64,000 bases of DNA from an uncultured Candidatus Saccharibacteria bacterium (GCA_964444125.1 CAYUFB010000002.1:9075-73074); one strand, 5' to 3'. Positions 1 to 10,419 are shown, counted from the stretch's first letter. Made by a program: numbers and translations. The notes: a model not told the origin generated them from the letters alone.

Positions 1-206
1 AATTATCCCTAACTCCTTGTCAGAGTTATCCACAAAACAAAATTGTATACAAATGCAACTACATTTGTAACTTATCTACATTTAGGATATTCTTTAGACA
101 ATTCAAACGTACGCGAACCAACAGAAAGCCCCTCAAGCCCTTGTGGCTTGAGGGATCTTCTATCACTGCTCACGCGTTTTCTTTACATGTCAAATTAATA
201 CTAAAT
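1..206. promoter_or_regulatory. Putative oriC region upstream of dnaA with DnaA boxes
   Basis: Perfect DnaA box TTATCCACA at 26-34, one-mismatch TTATCTACA at 72-80, AT-rich, directly upstream of dnaA. Confidence 0.75.
130..154 (+). other. Perfect 10-bp stem-loop in dnaA leader
   Basis: CCCTCAAGCC-CTTGT-GGCTTGAGGG. Confidence 0.6.
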
Positions 207-1595
207 ATGGAAAACGTCCAAGAACTCTGGAAAGTAGTGCTTGCTCAAATCGAGGTCAAAATTGATTCCCCTGCACAGTTTAAAACTTGGTTTAAAGATA
301 CAAAGTTAGTCAAAATTGGATCTGAAAATGCAGTAATTGGAGTCAAAAACTCTTACGCTTGCGACTGGCTTAAGAAAAAACATCACAAGACAATAAAAGA
401 TACCCTAAGCTATGTCTATGGCAAAGATGTTGAACCTAAATATGAAGTAGACCCTGAGCTTTCTTCAAAACCTTTAGAAAAGGTCACACCAGAAGAATTT
501 AGTAAAGAAGTTCCTCTATTTGGACTAAACCAAGGAGTAAGCCAGGACTTGCAAACATTGATTAAAAAGTCTCAGCTCAATCCAAAATACTCATTTTCTA
601 ATTACGTTGCAGGGAACTCAAATCGAATCGCACTTGCTGCTGCAAAAGCTGTGGCAGAGAAACCAGGAGAAGTGTATATGCCTCTTTTTGTACAAGGCAA
701 AACAGGTCTTGGCAAATCTCATCTTGCTCAAGCAATTGGACGTGAAGTCCTTGAGAGATATCCAAGCAAAAAAGTTTATTACACCACTAGTGAAGGGTTT
801 TTAAATGATATGGTCAAATCAATTAGAGAGGGAACGAGTATGGAATTTAGAAAAAAATATAGATCAACAGACTTACTAATCATTGACGATATTCAGTTAA
901 TCAGTAAATGGGTTGAAACACAAAGTGAGTTTTTTAATACTTATAACGAACTACACAATTCAGGAAAACAGATTGTATTAATATCAGATAAAACCCCTGA
1001 TCAGATAAATGGACTTGAGCCAAGATTAAAATCTCGATTTCAAGGAGGTGTTGTAGTAGAAATAATGCCGCCGGATTTTGAGATGCGCCTTGCAATTATA
1101 GAAAAGAAAATGGGAGAACTTGGTGTTGATTTACCAAGCAATATAACTGAATACATCGCTAGAGAAATAAAAGACAATATAAGAGAACTAGAAGGTGCTT
1201 TGCAGAAAGTATCATTATACAATTCTATGCATGAAGCAGGACTTACGATCAATGAAGTTGCAAGAATTATTGGAAGAGATCAAAGAAGCAAAAGAGAAAA
1301 AATCAAACCCGCCTCCATATTAAAAGTTGTATCGAAAGAATTCGATATAACGCTTAAAGATCTCAAAGGACCAAGAAGAACTGCAGAACTTGCCCTTGCT
1401 AGGCAGATTTGTATGTTTATTTTAAGAGAAGAATTAGGATACAAGTTAGAAAAAATCGCCGAAATATTGGAAAGAAAAGATCATACAACAGTGATCCATG
1501 CAATAGACAAGATAGAGACGAAAAAGAAAATTGACGAAGGATTTCGTGAACAATTAGAAATAATTCTTAACAATTTAAATACTATATCAACATAG
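207..1595 (+). CDS. dnaA: Chromosomal replication initiator DnaA
   Basis: Walker A GKTGLGKSHL, LLIIDDIQ, RELEGAL, C-terminal KDHTTVIHA; ATG 207 (MENVQELW) preferred over TTG 141. Confidence 0.98.
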   Translation: MENVQELWKVVLAQIEVKIDSPAQFKTWFKDTKLVKIGSENAVIGVKNSYACDWLKKKHHKTIKDTLSYVYGKDVEPKYEVDPELSSKPLEKVTPEEFSKEVPLFGLNQGVSQDLQTLIKKSQLNPKYSFSNYVAGNSNRIALAAAKAVAEKPGEVYMPLFVQGKTGLGKSHLAQAIGREVLERYPSKKVYYTTSEGFLNDMVKSIREGTSMEFRKKYRSTDLLIIDDIQLISKWVETQSEFFNTYNELHNSGKQIVLISDKTPDQINGLEPRLKSRFQGGVVVEIMPPDFEMRLAIIEKKMGELGVDLPSNITEYIAREIKDNIRELEGALQKVSLYNSMHEAGLTINEVARIIGRDQRSKREKIKPASILKVVSKEFDITLKDLKGPRRTAELALARQICMFILREELGYKLEKIAEILERKDHTTVIHAIDKIETKKKIDEGFREQLEIILNNLNTIST

Positions 1596-1712
1596 ATATC
1601 CACACGATAATTTCGTTTTAAACTTGCTTAGGACAAGAACATCTGAGAGAATATACACAAATACACAGTTACTAATAAGCCTACTATTTTATATATAAAA
1701 ATATATTTAGAG
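1596..1712. promoter_or_regulatory. dnaA-dnaN intergenic region with degenerate DnaA boxes and AT-rich stretch (possible second origin part)
   Basis: ATATCCACA 1596-1604, ATATACACA 1651-1659, AT-only run about 1685-1709. Confidence 0.5.
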
Positions 1713-2840
1713 ATGAAAGTATCAATTTTGCAAGAGAATTTTTCTAAAGCACTCAATCAAGCTGCAAAAGCAGTATCAAATAGACCAAATATACCTGTTC
1801 TTGCAAATGTTTTGATCAATTGTGAAAAAGGAAAAGTGAAGCTATCAGCGACAAATTTAGAAATTGGAGTAAATACCTGGATTGGCGCGGAGATTGCAGA
1901 AGAGGGAGAAGTAACAGTCAGTGCCAAACTTCTTGCAGAATTTGTAAATTCACTCCAATCAGGTAAATTGGAGCTTATTCAAGTTAATCAAACTCTTGAG
2001 GTTAAGTCTGTGGATAACCGTGCAGAATTTATGATAATTCCTGCGACAGACTTTCCTGAGGTTCCACAAGTATCAGGAGACCCAACGTTTAGTTTGAATG
2101 CCTATCTTTTTGCCGATGCAATCAATCAAACAGCTTTTGCTACAGCAACTGATGATTCAAGACCGGTACTTACTGGGCTTCTTCTTGAGACAACAGGTAG
2201 AAAAGTTTCATTAGTTGGTGTTGATGGGTTTAGATTATCCAAGAAAAACTTAAAAGTTGAAAAAGGCAGCGCGGAAGATATCAAAGAGGTTATTCCAGCA
2301 AGATCGCTAGTTGAATTAGAAAAAATTATCAAGGAATCTGTTGATGAAGATGCCCTACTCGAGGTTTACCTACAAAAAGGAAAAGGCCAGGTATTATTTA
2401 AAGTTGGAAATACGGAGTTTACGACAAGATTAGTTGATGGTGAATTTCCAGATTATACTCAAATAATTCCTGCAGAAAAAAATTACGGATTTAAGATCCT
2501 GAAGAACGAGTTTGCCACAAGTATCAAAATTGCAAGTATTTTTGCAAGAAATGTAATAGGTAACAAAGTTAGATTCAAGGTAGATCCTGAAAGTAAGAAA
2601 CTTGAATTAATCGCAAATGTTGTAGATATAGGTAATAACGAGAGCAAAGTTGATATTCTTGATATTCAAGGAGAAGGATTTGAGACTGCATATAATATCA
2701 AGTTTCTTCAGGATATGATAAATGCTATAAAAAGTGACAAAATCTTATATGAAACCCAAGGCATTACCTCTCCAGGAGTCTTTAGAGATGCAGAAGATCC
2801 AGATTTCTTACACATAATCATGCCGATGAGATTGGAATAA
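1713..2840 (+). CDS. dnaN: DNA polymerase III beta sliding clamp
   Basis: ATNLEIG, SRPVLTG, DGFRLS, GEFPDY, C-terminal IIMPMR; follows dnaA. Confidence 0.98.
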   Translation: MKVSILQENFSKALNQAAKAVSNRPNIPVLANVLINCEKGKVKLSATNLEIGVNTWIGAEIAEEGEVTVSAKLLAEFVNSLQSGKLELIQVNQTLEVKSVDNRAEFMIIPATDFPEVPQVSGDPTFSLNAYLFADAINQTAFATATDDSRPVLTGLLLETTGRKVSLVGVDGFRLSKKNLKVEKGSAEDIKEVIPARSLVELEKIIKESVDEDALLEVYLQKGKGQVLFKVGNTEFTTRLVDGEFPDYTQIIPAEKNYGFKILKNEFATSIKIASIFARNVIGNKVRFKVDPESKKLELIANVVDIGNNESKVDILDIQGEGFETAYNIKFLQDMINAIKSDKILYETQGITSPGVFRDAEDPDFLHIIMPMRLE

Positions 2841-3150
2841 GGCAGTAGAGAGTATCTAGTAATGAGTATTGAGTGATGAGTAAAAAGTCAAAAATAATAA
2901 AATGAAAACAAAGTACTGTAATTAACAAGTTAATTAAATAGTTTTTCTCAGAAGCAGGACTAGATTGGTTTGAAGTATGATGTATTCAGTATTGAGCTTT
3001 GAGTATTGAGTAGTAAAACAAATATTCTATACCTGATAGTAAGGTGAATAAGTCCTCGCTACTAAATAAAGGCGCATATGTTTGGATCAATAATCAATAC
3101 TCAAGTCTCACGACTCATAACTCAAAACTAGTCACTCAACACTCTCTGCT
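2841..3150. repeat. Three blocks of degenerate 7-bp tandem repeats (consensus TTGAGTA), third block inverted
   Basis: 2841-2889 ggcagta gagagta tctagta atgagta ttgagtg atgagta aaaagtc; 2971-3012 tgaagta tgatgta ttcagta ttgagct ttgagta ttgagta; 3091-3146 taatcaa tactcaa gtctcac gactcat aactcaa aactagt cactcaa cactctc. Confidence 0.8.
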
Positions 3151-3163
3151 GTATACTATCTTC

Positions 3164-4291
3164 ATGAACAATACCGATTCAACCTGGAATTCTTTCGTTT
3201 CTTCTTCAAAATGGGGTGATATTTTGCAATTTTCTCAATGGGGCGAAGTCAAAAGACTTGAAGGCTGGTCGCCTCATTATGTCACAAGCAAAGATACGAA
3301 AGTTAGATCAATTGTATTAATTAAAAAAGCCGGCTTTTTGGGTAATTTAATGTATGTCCCTCATGGACCGGTTTTCCAGTCGACAAACGACCTTGCTGAA
3401 GAAATTGATTCGTGGAAAGAAGCTTTGCTTTTACTTGCTAGGGAACAAAACTGCTTTCTTATTGAAATCGATCCAAAAATTGGTCATTTAGTCGATAAGA
3501 AACAAGAAATTGACAATGTCGATGAGAGTACGAAATTAAAACATCAAATTATTAACAAAAACATCGAAGGTTTAGGGCATTTTTTTGATGAAGAAATAAT
3601 CGATATATTTATGAAGGCAGGGTTTGAAAAGACAAATAGAAATATGCAACCAGTCTTCAAACTTCTCTATTCTCTTGAATTATCTGAAGACGAATTAATG
3701 AGCTTAATGGACAAAAATACTAGATACAATATCAGGTATGCTCAAAAAAAAGGTGTTCAAATTCACGAATATCTTCCGGACGATCCAGAAATTAATGAGA
3801 AATTGAAAGTGTTCTATGGTCTTATGAAGGAAACTCAAAAAAGAACGGGAGGATATCCGATTCGACCGTATGACTCTTTTTTGAAACTTTTTGACAGTTT
3901 TAAGGGAACAAATAATCTTGCCTTGATAGAAGCAAGTTTCGAGGGTGATGTAATTGCGATGAACATATCTCAGAGAACTCAGAACTGGGCATCAAGTTTC
4001 TATGCAGGATCAAATAGGTTGCACCCAAACTTGAAGGCTCCATATCTACTTCGCTGGCATTCTGTTTGTAAGGCCAAAGAATTTGGATCCAAGGTATATG
4101 ATTTTTGGGGCATTATTCCAAATTCAAAACAACATGAGGGTTATTCTTCAAATAAGCTCAGTTTTGGGGGAACTAGAATTGACCATGTTGGTATAATGGA
4201 GATACAAATTAGTGCCTTCAAGGCCCAAATTTTTGTATATTTATTAGTCTTAAGGAAGCTTGTTTACAACTTCAAACGCAAAATATTATAA
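3164..4291 (+). CDS. FemABX-family peptidoglycan bridge aminoacyltransferase (lipid II:amino acid ligase)
   Basis: ILQFSQWGEVK, YVPHGPV, KNTRYNIRYAQKKGV, YDFWGI, KLSFGG; start at ATG 3164 because the upstream extension is translated repeat DNA. Confidence 0.9.
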   Translation: MNNTDSTWNSFVSSSKWGDILQFSQWGEVKRLEGWSPHYVTSKDTKVRSIVLIKKAGFLGNLMYVPHGPVFQSTNDLAEEIDSWKEALLLLAREQNCFLIEIDPKIGHLVDKKQEIDNVDESTKLKHQIINKNIEGLGHFFDEEIIDIFMKAGFEKTNRNMQPVFKLLYSLELSEDELMSLMDKNTRYNIRYAQKKGVQIHEYLPDDPEINEKLKVFYGLMKETQKRTGGYPIRPYDSFLKLFDSFKGTNNLALIEASFEGDVIAMNISQRTQNWASSFYAGSNRLHPNLKAPYLLRWHSVCKAKEFGSKVYDFWGIIPNSKQHEGYSSNKLSFGGTRIDHVGIMEIQISAFKAQIFVYLLVLRKLVYNFKRKIL

Positions 4292-5069
4292 ACGTTTATT
4301 TGCCCTGACTTTTCTGCCAATATTAGCTATTGGTGGAGTTTATTTTGTATATAATTTGACCAGTGTTAAAGGCGTTGAGCAAATAAGTGAATTGGAACTT
4401 GAATATGATGAAGATGAAAGAATTATTATTATCTCCGATACACATCTTGGGTGTGAAAATGATCTAAACAAGTATGATTATCTAGAAAATATAATTTCTG
4501 AAGCGGACAAAATTGTTATTAATGGTGATTTTTTTGATAATTACGAATGTGGGTTTGATGATTTCATGAATTCTGATTACAGAAATTTGTTTCCCTTATT
4601 ATTAGAAAAAGACACGGTTTATATATATGGTAATCACAATCTTAAAAGGTTTAGTGATGCGGATGTATTGAATTTCTCAAAATATCAAACTGATCGATTT
4701 TTTTTAACTATTGGAGAGAAAAGGTATGTTATTGAACATGGACATTTGATAACACCTTCTTTAGAACAAGAATATCCCTATTTGTTTGCGAATCGGGCTG
4801 CTATCAAGTTTGGCAGAATGATTGATAGTGTTGGTACGTTTATTGAAAATGAAGATTACTTTGAGAGATATAAGGGCCAAAACGAAGATTTAAAAAACTG
4901 GGCAAAAACCAATTTAATGGAAAATGAGTATTTGATAACCGGACATACACATTTAGCGGAAATTGATTTTGATAATCATTTTATTAATACGGGATTGATA
5001 AGGTATGGTTATGCAAACTATTTGCAGATATTTAATGGCGAAGAAACATTAGTAAGCGAGGAGTATTAG
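4260..5069 (+). CDS. Calcineurin-like metallophosphoesterase with N-terminal membrane anchor
   Basis: ISDTHLG, NGDFFD, GNHN, EHGH, TGHTH motifs; start uncertain. Confidence 0.85.
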   Translation: MFTTSNAKYYKRLFALTFLPILAIGGVYFVYNLTSVKGVEQISELELEYDEDERIIIISDTHLGCENDLNKYDYLENIISEADKIVINGDFFDNYECGFDDFMNSDYRNLFPLLLEKDTVYIYGNHNLKRFSDADVLNFSKYQTDRFFLTIGEKRYVIEHGHLITPSLEQEYPYLFANRAAIKFGRMIDSVGTFIENEDYFERYKGQNEDLKNWAKTNLMENEYLITGHTHLAEIDFDNHFINTGLIRYGYANYLQIFNGEETLVSEEY

Positions 5070-5073
5070 GCTT

Positions 5074-6249
5074 TTAACTAATAGAGAAACTTGCAATGTC
5101 CGCATAGTTTTTTTGGTAATAAGCCGCACTTGTAAAAGCATCGTTTACCACAGCTTCGATGATACTTTTGGTCAAAATGTAGGGATTTTTTATTGAATCC
5201 AAGAAGTTTTTAAAACTCTCAATTGTAAAAAAATGATCAGGCTTCATATCCATGAAGTCCAATGAAATGGCAAAGTCATGTAATCTTCCGAGATTCCCAA
5301 TGTCTTTCTGGTCAAACCAGGCATCAAAAGGTGTTTTCATAACTTGTGCAAAATTTCTAGAAATGACGAATAACAAAAATTTTGCATGTTCAATCATGTC
5401 ATTGGTACTTATTTTGTCTGTGGGTTTTTGGAAGTGTCTTATGTATTGTTCTGGGACATTGAATTTATCTTTGAATTTTTCATATTGATTAAATTCGAAT
5501 TCTTCTTTTAGCCAAAGGTAGCTTGATACCATTTGATCGAATGATTCGGGGAGGAGTTTTCCGTCTTCGTCAAAAAAGGCGAAGTATTCACAATCTATTC
5601 TAGTAGGGTCGGTCAATCTTACACTTGCACATACCAAGTCGTCATCAATTAGATGTTTTGCACTCATCACGTTACTTAATATTTCTGCATATCTTTGACC
5701 CAAAACTCCTTGTGAGGAATACATTTGTTTTAAATCTCTAAATGAGATTTTGAGGGTTGCTATAGTTATCCCTATATGAGCTCCCATATCTTCAAGTGTG
5801 TCTCCAATATATGTCTCAAGAAACATTTCATCAAAGAGCGTCAATCCTGGTATGATAGGATTTGGGTCTTTTGTTTTTGCCTTAAAATATTGAGCATCCA
5901 ACAACCATCTAAGCGACAAGCCTTTGGTGAGAAGACACCCTACATGTCCATAACCTGACTTGTCAGATAATATTACAGCTTTGTCCGTCCTTCCAGTTTC
6001 TCGACCTCTACTTAAAATTGTTTTGGGAAGAGAATATAATTGTGTGGTTTCCGGGTTGCCAGCAATAAATAAGTAATCAAGCAGATCTTCTTGAGTTATT
6101 GTATAACCAGGATTGATATTTATTTCAATGGCGGATGTGTCTAGTCCAGCTTGTGTTAACGCATCAACCAAGCCTATTTGATGACATCCCCATGTATTTA
6201 TTGAGGTGTATATACTGTCTGGTGGTTGTATTTCTAAGAGAAAACTCAC
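5074..6249 (-). CDS. Hypothetical protein
   Basis: 391-aa ORF filling the gap; no family confidently recognised. Confidence 0.7.
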   Translation of the reverse strand: MSFLLEIQPPDSIYTSINTWGCHQIGLVDALTQAGLDTSAIEININPGYTITQEDLLDYLFIAGNPETTQLYSLPKTILSRGRETGRTDKAVILSDKSGYGHVGCLLTKGLSLRWLLDAQYFKAKTKDPNPIIPGLTLFDEMFLETYIGDTLEDMGAHIGITIATLKISFRDLKQMYSSQGVLGQRYAEILSNVMSAKHLIDDDLVCASVRLTDPTRIDCEYFAFFDEDGKLLPESFDQMVSSYLWLKEEFEFNQYEKFKDKFNVPEQYIRHFQKPTDKISTNDMIEHAKFLLFVISRNFAQVMKTPFDAWFDQKDIGNLGRLHDFAISLDFMDMKPDHFFTIESFKNFLDSIKNPYILTKSIIEAVVNDAFTSAAYYQKNYADIASFSIS

Positions 6250-6340
6250 TTAAACCTATTGATATATATATATTATATCTTAAGTGGGCATTACAGTTCA
6301 ATTTGTTTTCTCTTTTATACAATTTAAGCTAAAATCAAGT

Positions 6341-7570
6341 ATGAAAAACTTATTTATAGGCACTTCTCCAAATATTCAAAAAGACGATATCAAACTGATA
6401 TTTGCAAGCCTTTTTAGACCTTGGGCTTGGAGAGAGGAAGAGGCTGTTTATAAGTTTGAAGAAGAGATTGCAAATTATGTATCAGCAGACAGCAATTCCT
6501 TTGCAATCGCATTCGATTCGGCAAGGACATCTTTTTTCAAATTGCTTGAAGCTTGGGATATTGGGAAAGGAGATGAGGTGTTAGTTCCCAGTTTCACTTG
6601 TGTAGTAATTGTCAATTCTGTGTTACAAGCAGGTGCTACTCCAGTTTATATTGACACAGACCCTGATACTTTCAATATTTCCTTAGATGATTTAAGAGCA
6701 AAGATTAGCAATAAGACTAAGGCAGTTTTAGTTCAACATACTTTTGGTGTGTTTATCGATGTTCAAAAAATTAGAGAGCTTGTCGGAGATGATATAAAAA
6801 TCGTCGAAGACCATGCACACTCTTTGCAGAGAGATGTTTGGGACGACAAAACATCTGATGCATTGGTTCTAACATTTGGTATAGAAAAAACTATGACATC
6901 ACTTCGAGGAGGTATGGCGGTTGTGAGAGATGAGGCTTTGTACAAGAGTTTGAAAGACAAGCAAAGAAACCTCAAGGAGTTTAGCTATAGAAGAATATTT
7001 GTTTGGTTAATAAATCCCCTACTCTGGGCGATTATCACGCCTTTATATTTTGTAGGATTAGGAAAATTTACTATTGGGAGGTTATTTTCTCAAGCTGGGC
7101 ATAAACTTGGCCTTATGGGAAATATGGTTGAAGGATGTGAGTATCGAGGATGTTTCCCAAATTGGATGCCAGCTAAGATGCCAGGAGTATTAGCAGAAAT
7201 TGGTCTAAATCAATTAAGAAAATTAGATAAATTCAATGAACACAGAAGGATAATTGGTCAAATTTATGACGAAGCCTTTGGTAACACTTATTCAAAAACT
7301 GCAAAATATACCCCACTTAGATATCCTCTTTTGGTAGACGAGCCAATAAGAGTTCTTGCGAAATTAAGAAAACATCATGTAATTGCTGGCAATTGGTACA
7401 ACAGGATATTATTTACAGATCCGAAATACTTGGCCGTTCTTGGTTTTGATCCAAAAAGTTGCCCGATTACGATCGAAATTACGCCAAAAGTAATTAACTT
7501 GCCAACTTTTATAAAGGTGACAGAAGAAGATGCAAAAAAAATTGTGGAGATAATTAAAAAATTTGACTAA
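6341..7570 (+). CDS. DegT/DnrJ/EryC1/StrS-family PLP-dependent aminotransferase
   Basis: GDEVLVPSFTC, AGATPVYIDTD, VEDHAHS, TFGIEK (PLP Lys), LPT; ATG 6341 preferred. Confidence 0.9.
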   Translation: MKNLFIGTSPNIQKDDIKLIFASLFRPWAWREEEAVYKFEEEIANYVSADSNSFAIAFDSARTSFFKLLEAWDIGKGDEVLVPSFTCVVIVNSVLQAGATPVYIDTDPDTFNISLDDLRAKISNKTKAVLVQHTFGVFIDVQKIRELVGDDIKIVEDHAHSLQRDVWDDKTSDALVLTFGIEKTMTSLRGGMAVVRDEALYKSLKDKQRNLKEFSYRRIFVWLINPLLWAIITPLYFVGLGKFTIGRLFSQAGHKLGLMGNMVEGCEYRGCFPNWMPAKMPGVLAEIGLNQLRKLDKFNEHRRIIGQIYDEAFGNTYSKTAKYTPLRYPLLVDEPIRVLAKLRKHHVIAGNWYNRILFTDPKYLAVLGFDPKSCPITIEITPKVINLPTFIKVTEEDAKKIVEIIKKFD

Positions 7571-7576
7571 TTATTT

Positions 7577-8230
7577 ATGAATACAAATCCAAAAGCTAAA
7601 AGAATATTGTGTTTTGGTGACTCAAATACCTGGGGATATATTCCAGGACAAGCCAAAAGATATGGTCCTGATTTAAGGTGGACTGGGATTTTACAAAAGC
7701 TACTTGGAGAAGAATTTGAGATAATTGAAGAAGGACTAAATGGCAGGACAACAGTTATAGATGATGATCAGAAACCCGGAAGAAACGGCGAAAATTATTT
7801 ACTTCCTTGCCTACTTACACATGATCCAATTGATTATCTAATTTTATTTCTAGGTACGAATGATATGAAGGAAAGGTATAATCAGACGCCTTCGGATATT
7901 GCTTCAAATATTGAAAAGCTTATTAAATTAATTTATTCGACAGCATTCAATCAGGCAAAAAATTCGCCGAATATATTATTAATAAGTCCAACTATTATTG
8001 ATGAAAGTGTAGAAGGTGTGCAAGAAAAATATAAAGGTGCTGAGAGTAAATCAAGATCACTTGGTGTACTTTATGAAGAGATATCAAAGCAATATGATTT
8101 ACAATTCATTGATCTTGCTGAATTTGTCAAACTTAGCAAGGTTGATGGCTATCACTTTGATCGAGAAACGCATCAGCAAATTGCAAAATCATTCTATGAA
8201 AAGATAATGCAGGATTTCCAAACGAACTAA
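7577..8230 (+). CDS. SGNH/GDSL hydrolase (arylesterase-like)
   Basis: CFGDSNTWG, EEGLNGRT, LGTND, DGYH. Confidence 0.93.
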   Translation: MNTNPKAKRILCFGDSNTWGYIPGQAKRYGPDLRWTGILQKLLGEEFEIIEEGLNGRTTVIDDDQKPGRNGENYLLPCLLTHDPIDYLILFLGTNDMKERYNQTPSDIASNIEKLIKLIYSTAFNQAKNSPNILLISPTIIDESVEGVQEKYKGAESKSRSLGVLYEEISKQYDLQFIDLAEFVKLSKVDGYHFDRETHQQIAKSFYEKIMQDFQTN

Positions 8231-8244
8231 AAGGGGGATATTTT

Positions 8245-10419
8245 TCAAACGAGTTCCAGTCTGGCATATTCTTTGGCTAGTTCTTTGATCCCGGAAGCGA
8301 ATTTGATTCTGATAATCTCATCGTCAATGTATATTACTTCGCCAATGCCAAAATATTCACTTCTTACACGAGAGCCTTGGCATATATCTAGAGTGTCATA
8401 ATAAGACGAGGTCTCCTCCTCTTCTTGTATATAACCAAAACTAGAACTAACTGGCTTGCAGTCTTCAATGTATTCAATTAAACCTTCTGGAATCTCGTCG
8501 ATAAATCTAGAACGAAGCATGTCTTGATAGCTTCCCATATAACTTCTACGGCTTGCGTATGATAAATATAGTTTCTTTTTGGCCCTGGTAAATGCAACAT
8601 ACGCAAGCCTTCTCTCCTCTTCCAGTTCGTCAGGGTCAGCGTAACTTCTTGAATGTGGAAAAATATTCTCTTCAAGACCACATACAAAGACATAGTCAAA
8701 CTCTAAACCTTTGGCAGCATGAATAGTCATCAAAGTCGCCTTGTTGGTTGATGTATCTTTGTCAGCTTCCTTTGCCTGTTCTTCAAGAAGTGAGATGTCT
8801 TCTAAGAACGATTCGATCACATCTGAGGCAATTTCACCTTTGTATTTGACAGAAATATTTACAAATTCCTTGATATTCTCAATCTTGGACAGACTTTCTT
8901 CACTTTTGTCGTTGTACTCTTCAAGAAGATTGCTTCTTTCTAATACTCCTTTTAGAAAATCGACTAAATCCATGGTCTTCAAATTCGCGCGAAGGGATAA
9001 AATCAGGTTTGTGAAGCCTTCGATTTTCTTTAATTGGCTTGCCGATAAAAAGAGTCGAAGAGAATCTATGTCTTTAGCTTCAAGCGCCTCGAAGATTGAT
9101 AATCCTTGTTGGGATGAATACGCAGTCAAATTCGTAAGCAAAATATTACCAATCCCACGTCTTGGTGTATTGATTATCCTTTTTAATGAAACATTATCTT
9201 TGGGATTTGCGATAAGTCTGATATAGGCAAGGATGTCTTTGATTTCTTTCCTATCATAAAATCTGACATTTCCGACAATCTTGTAAGGGATCTGATGACT
9301 GATCATTGCTTCTTCGAGAATTCTTGATTGTGCATTTGTTCTATACAAAATGGCAATATCATTTATATCTGATAATTTCTTGATCATCTGGGCAATATTT
9401 ACTGCTTCAGACCTATCGTCTGGTGCTTCGTATACAGAAATTAGATCACCATTATCATTGTCCGTCCAGAGTTTTTTCTTTTTCTGTCCTTTATTGTAAG
9501 AGATTACCTTGTTTGATGCTTCAAGTATTGTCTTAGTTGATCTGTAATTTTGCTCTAGCTTGATTGTCTTGACCTCGTCATAGTCGTTTTCAAAGTTTAG
9601 TATGTTTTTGATATCTGCTCCTCTCCACTTATAAATACTTTGTGCGTCATCGCCCACAACAAAGATATTCTTCCTTTTTGATGCAAGAAGCTTTGCGAAA
9701 GTGTATTGAGCGTAATTTGTGTCTTGATATTCGTCAATTAGGATATACTTGAATAGTTCCTGATATTTCTCCAATACTTCCGGGGTTTGCTGAAAAAGAA
9801 TAATTGTCTTCATTATCAAATCGTCAAAATCTAATGCTTGATTGGATTCTAGGGTTTTTTGATACTCAGGATAAATCTTGGAAATCATTTCTTGGAATAG
9901 TCCTGTAGCGTACATTTTGTAACCATCTGATGTGATAAGCTCGTTTTTTGCAGATGAAATTGTATTGAGCACTGCTTTTGGCGGGAACTTTTTGATATCG
10001 ACATCCAGCCTTTTTAGGATTTCTCGTATAATAGATTTCTGATCAGTTGGATCGTATATCGTGTAACTTGAGTCAATACCTATGTGATAGCCATCGATTC
10101 TTAAGATTTTGGCACAAATAGCATGAAAAGTTCCCGCCCAGAATAACGTCTTAGACGTTACAATGCCGGCATTCTGACCTGAAGACAATTCTTTTGCTAT
10201 TCTGTTTTTGATTTCTGTAGCGGCCTTGTTGGTAAATGTCACAGCAAGAATCTCTTCTGGCCTGGCAAGTCCAGAGGAGATTATATAGGCAATCCTTTGG
10301 GTTAGAACCTTTGTCTTGCCGCTACCTGCGCCAGCAATAACTAGTACTGGGCCTTGTGTTGTAGTGACCGCTTCAAGCTGTTTTTCGTTTAATTGAGTTT
10401 GAGAATTTGTATTTTGCAT
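8245..10419 (-). CDS. pcrA: ATP-dependent DNA helicase PcrA/UvrD
   Basis: AGAGSGKT, TFTNKAA, DEYQDTN, VGDDAQSIY, QNYRS, TIHAAKGLEF, EERRLAYVAFTRA. Confidence 0.97.
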   Translation of the reverse strand: MQNTNSQTQLNEKQLEAVTTTQGPVLVIAGAGSGKTKVLTQRIAYIISSGLARPEEILAVTFTNKAATEIKNRIAKELSSGQNAGIVTSKTLFWAGTFHAICAKILRIDGYHIGIDSSYTIYDPTDQKSIIREILKRLDVDIKKFPPKAVLNTISSAKNELITSDGYKMYATGLFQEMISKIYPEYQKTLESNQALDFDDLIMKTIILFQQTPEVLEKYQELFKYILIDEYQDTNYAQYTFAKLLASKRKNIFVVGDDAQSIYKWRGADIKNILNFENDYDEVKTIKLEQNYRSTKTILEASNKVISYNKGQKKKKLWTDNDNGDLISVYEAPDDRSEAVNIAQMIKKLSDINDIAILYRTNAQSRILEEAMISHQIPYKIVGNVRFYDRKEIKDILAYIRLIANPKDNVSLKRIINTPRRGIGNILLTNLTAYSSQQGLSIFEALEAKDIDSLRLFLSASQLKKIEGFTNLILSLRANLKTMDLVDFLKGVLERSNLLEEYNDKSEESLSKIENIKEFVNISVKYKGEIASDVIESFLEDISLLEEQAKEADKDTSTNKATLMTIHAAKGLEFDYVFVCGLEENIFPHSRSYADPDELEEERRLAYVAFTRAKKKLYLSYASRRSYMGSYQDMLRSRFIDEIPEGLIEYIEDCKPVSSSFGYIQEEEETSSYYDTLDICQGSRVRSEYFGIGEVIYIDDEIIRIKFASGIKELAKEYARLELV

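Noticed and set aside
2841-3150. CRISPR array
   Set aside because: Units are degenerate 7-mers without constant 25-40-bp repeats and regular spacers; no cas genes
3044-3163. N-terminal extension of FemABX ORF
   Set aside because: Translation of the heptamer repeat block; a -10 box and ATG at 3164 give a better start
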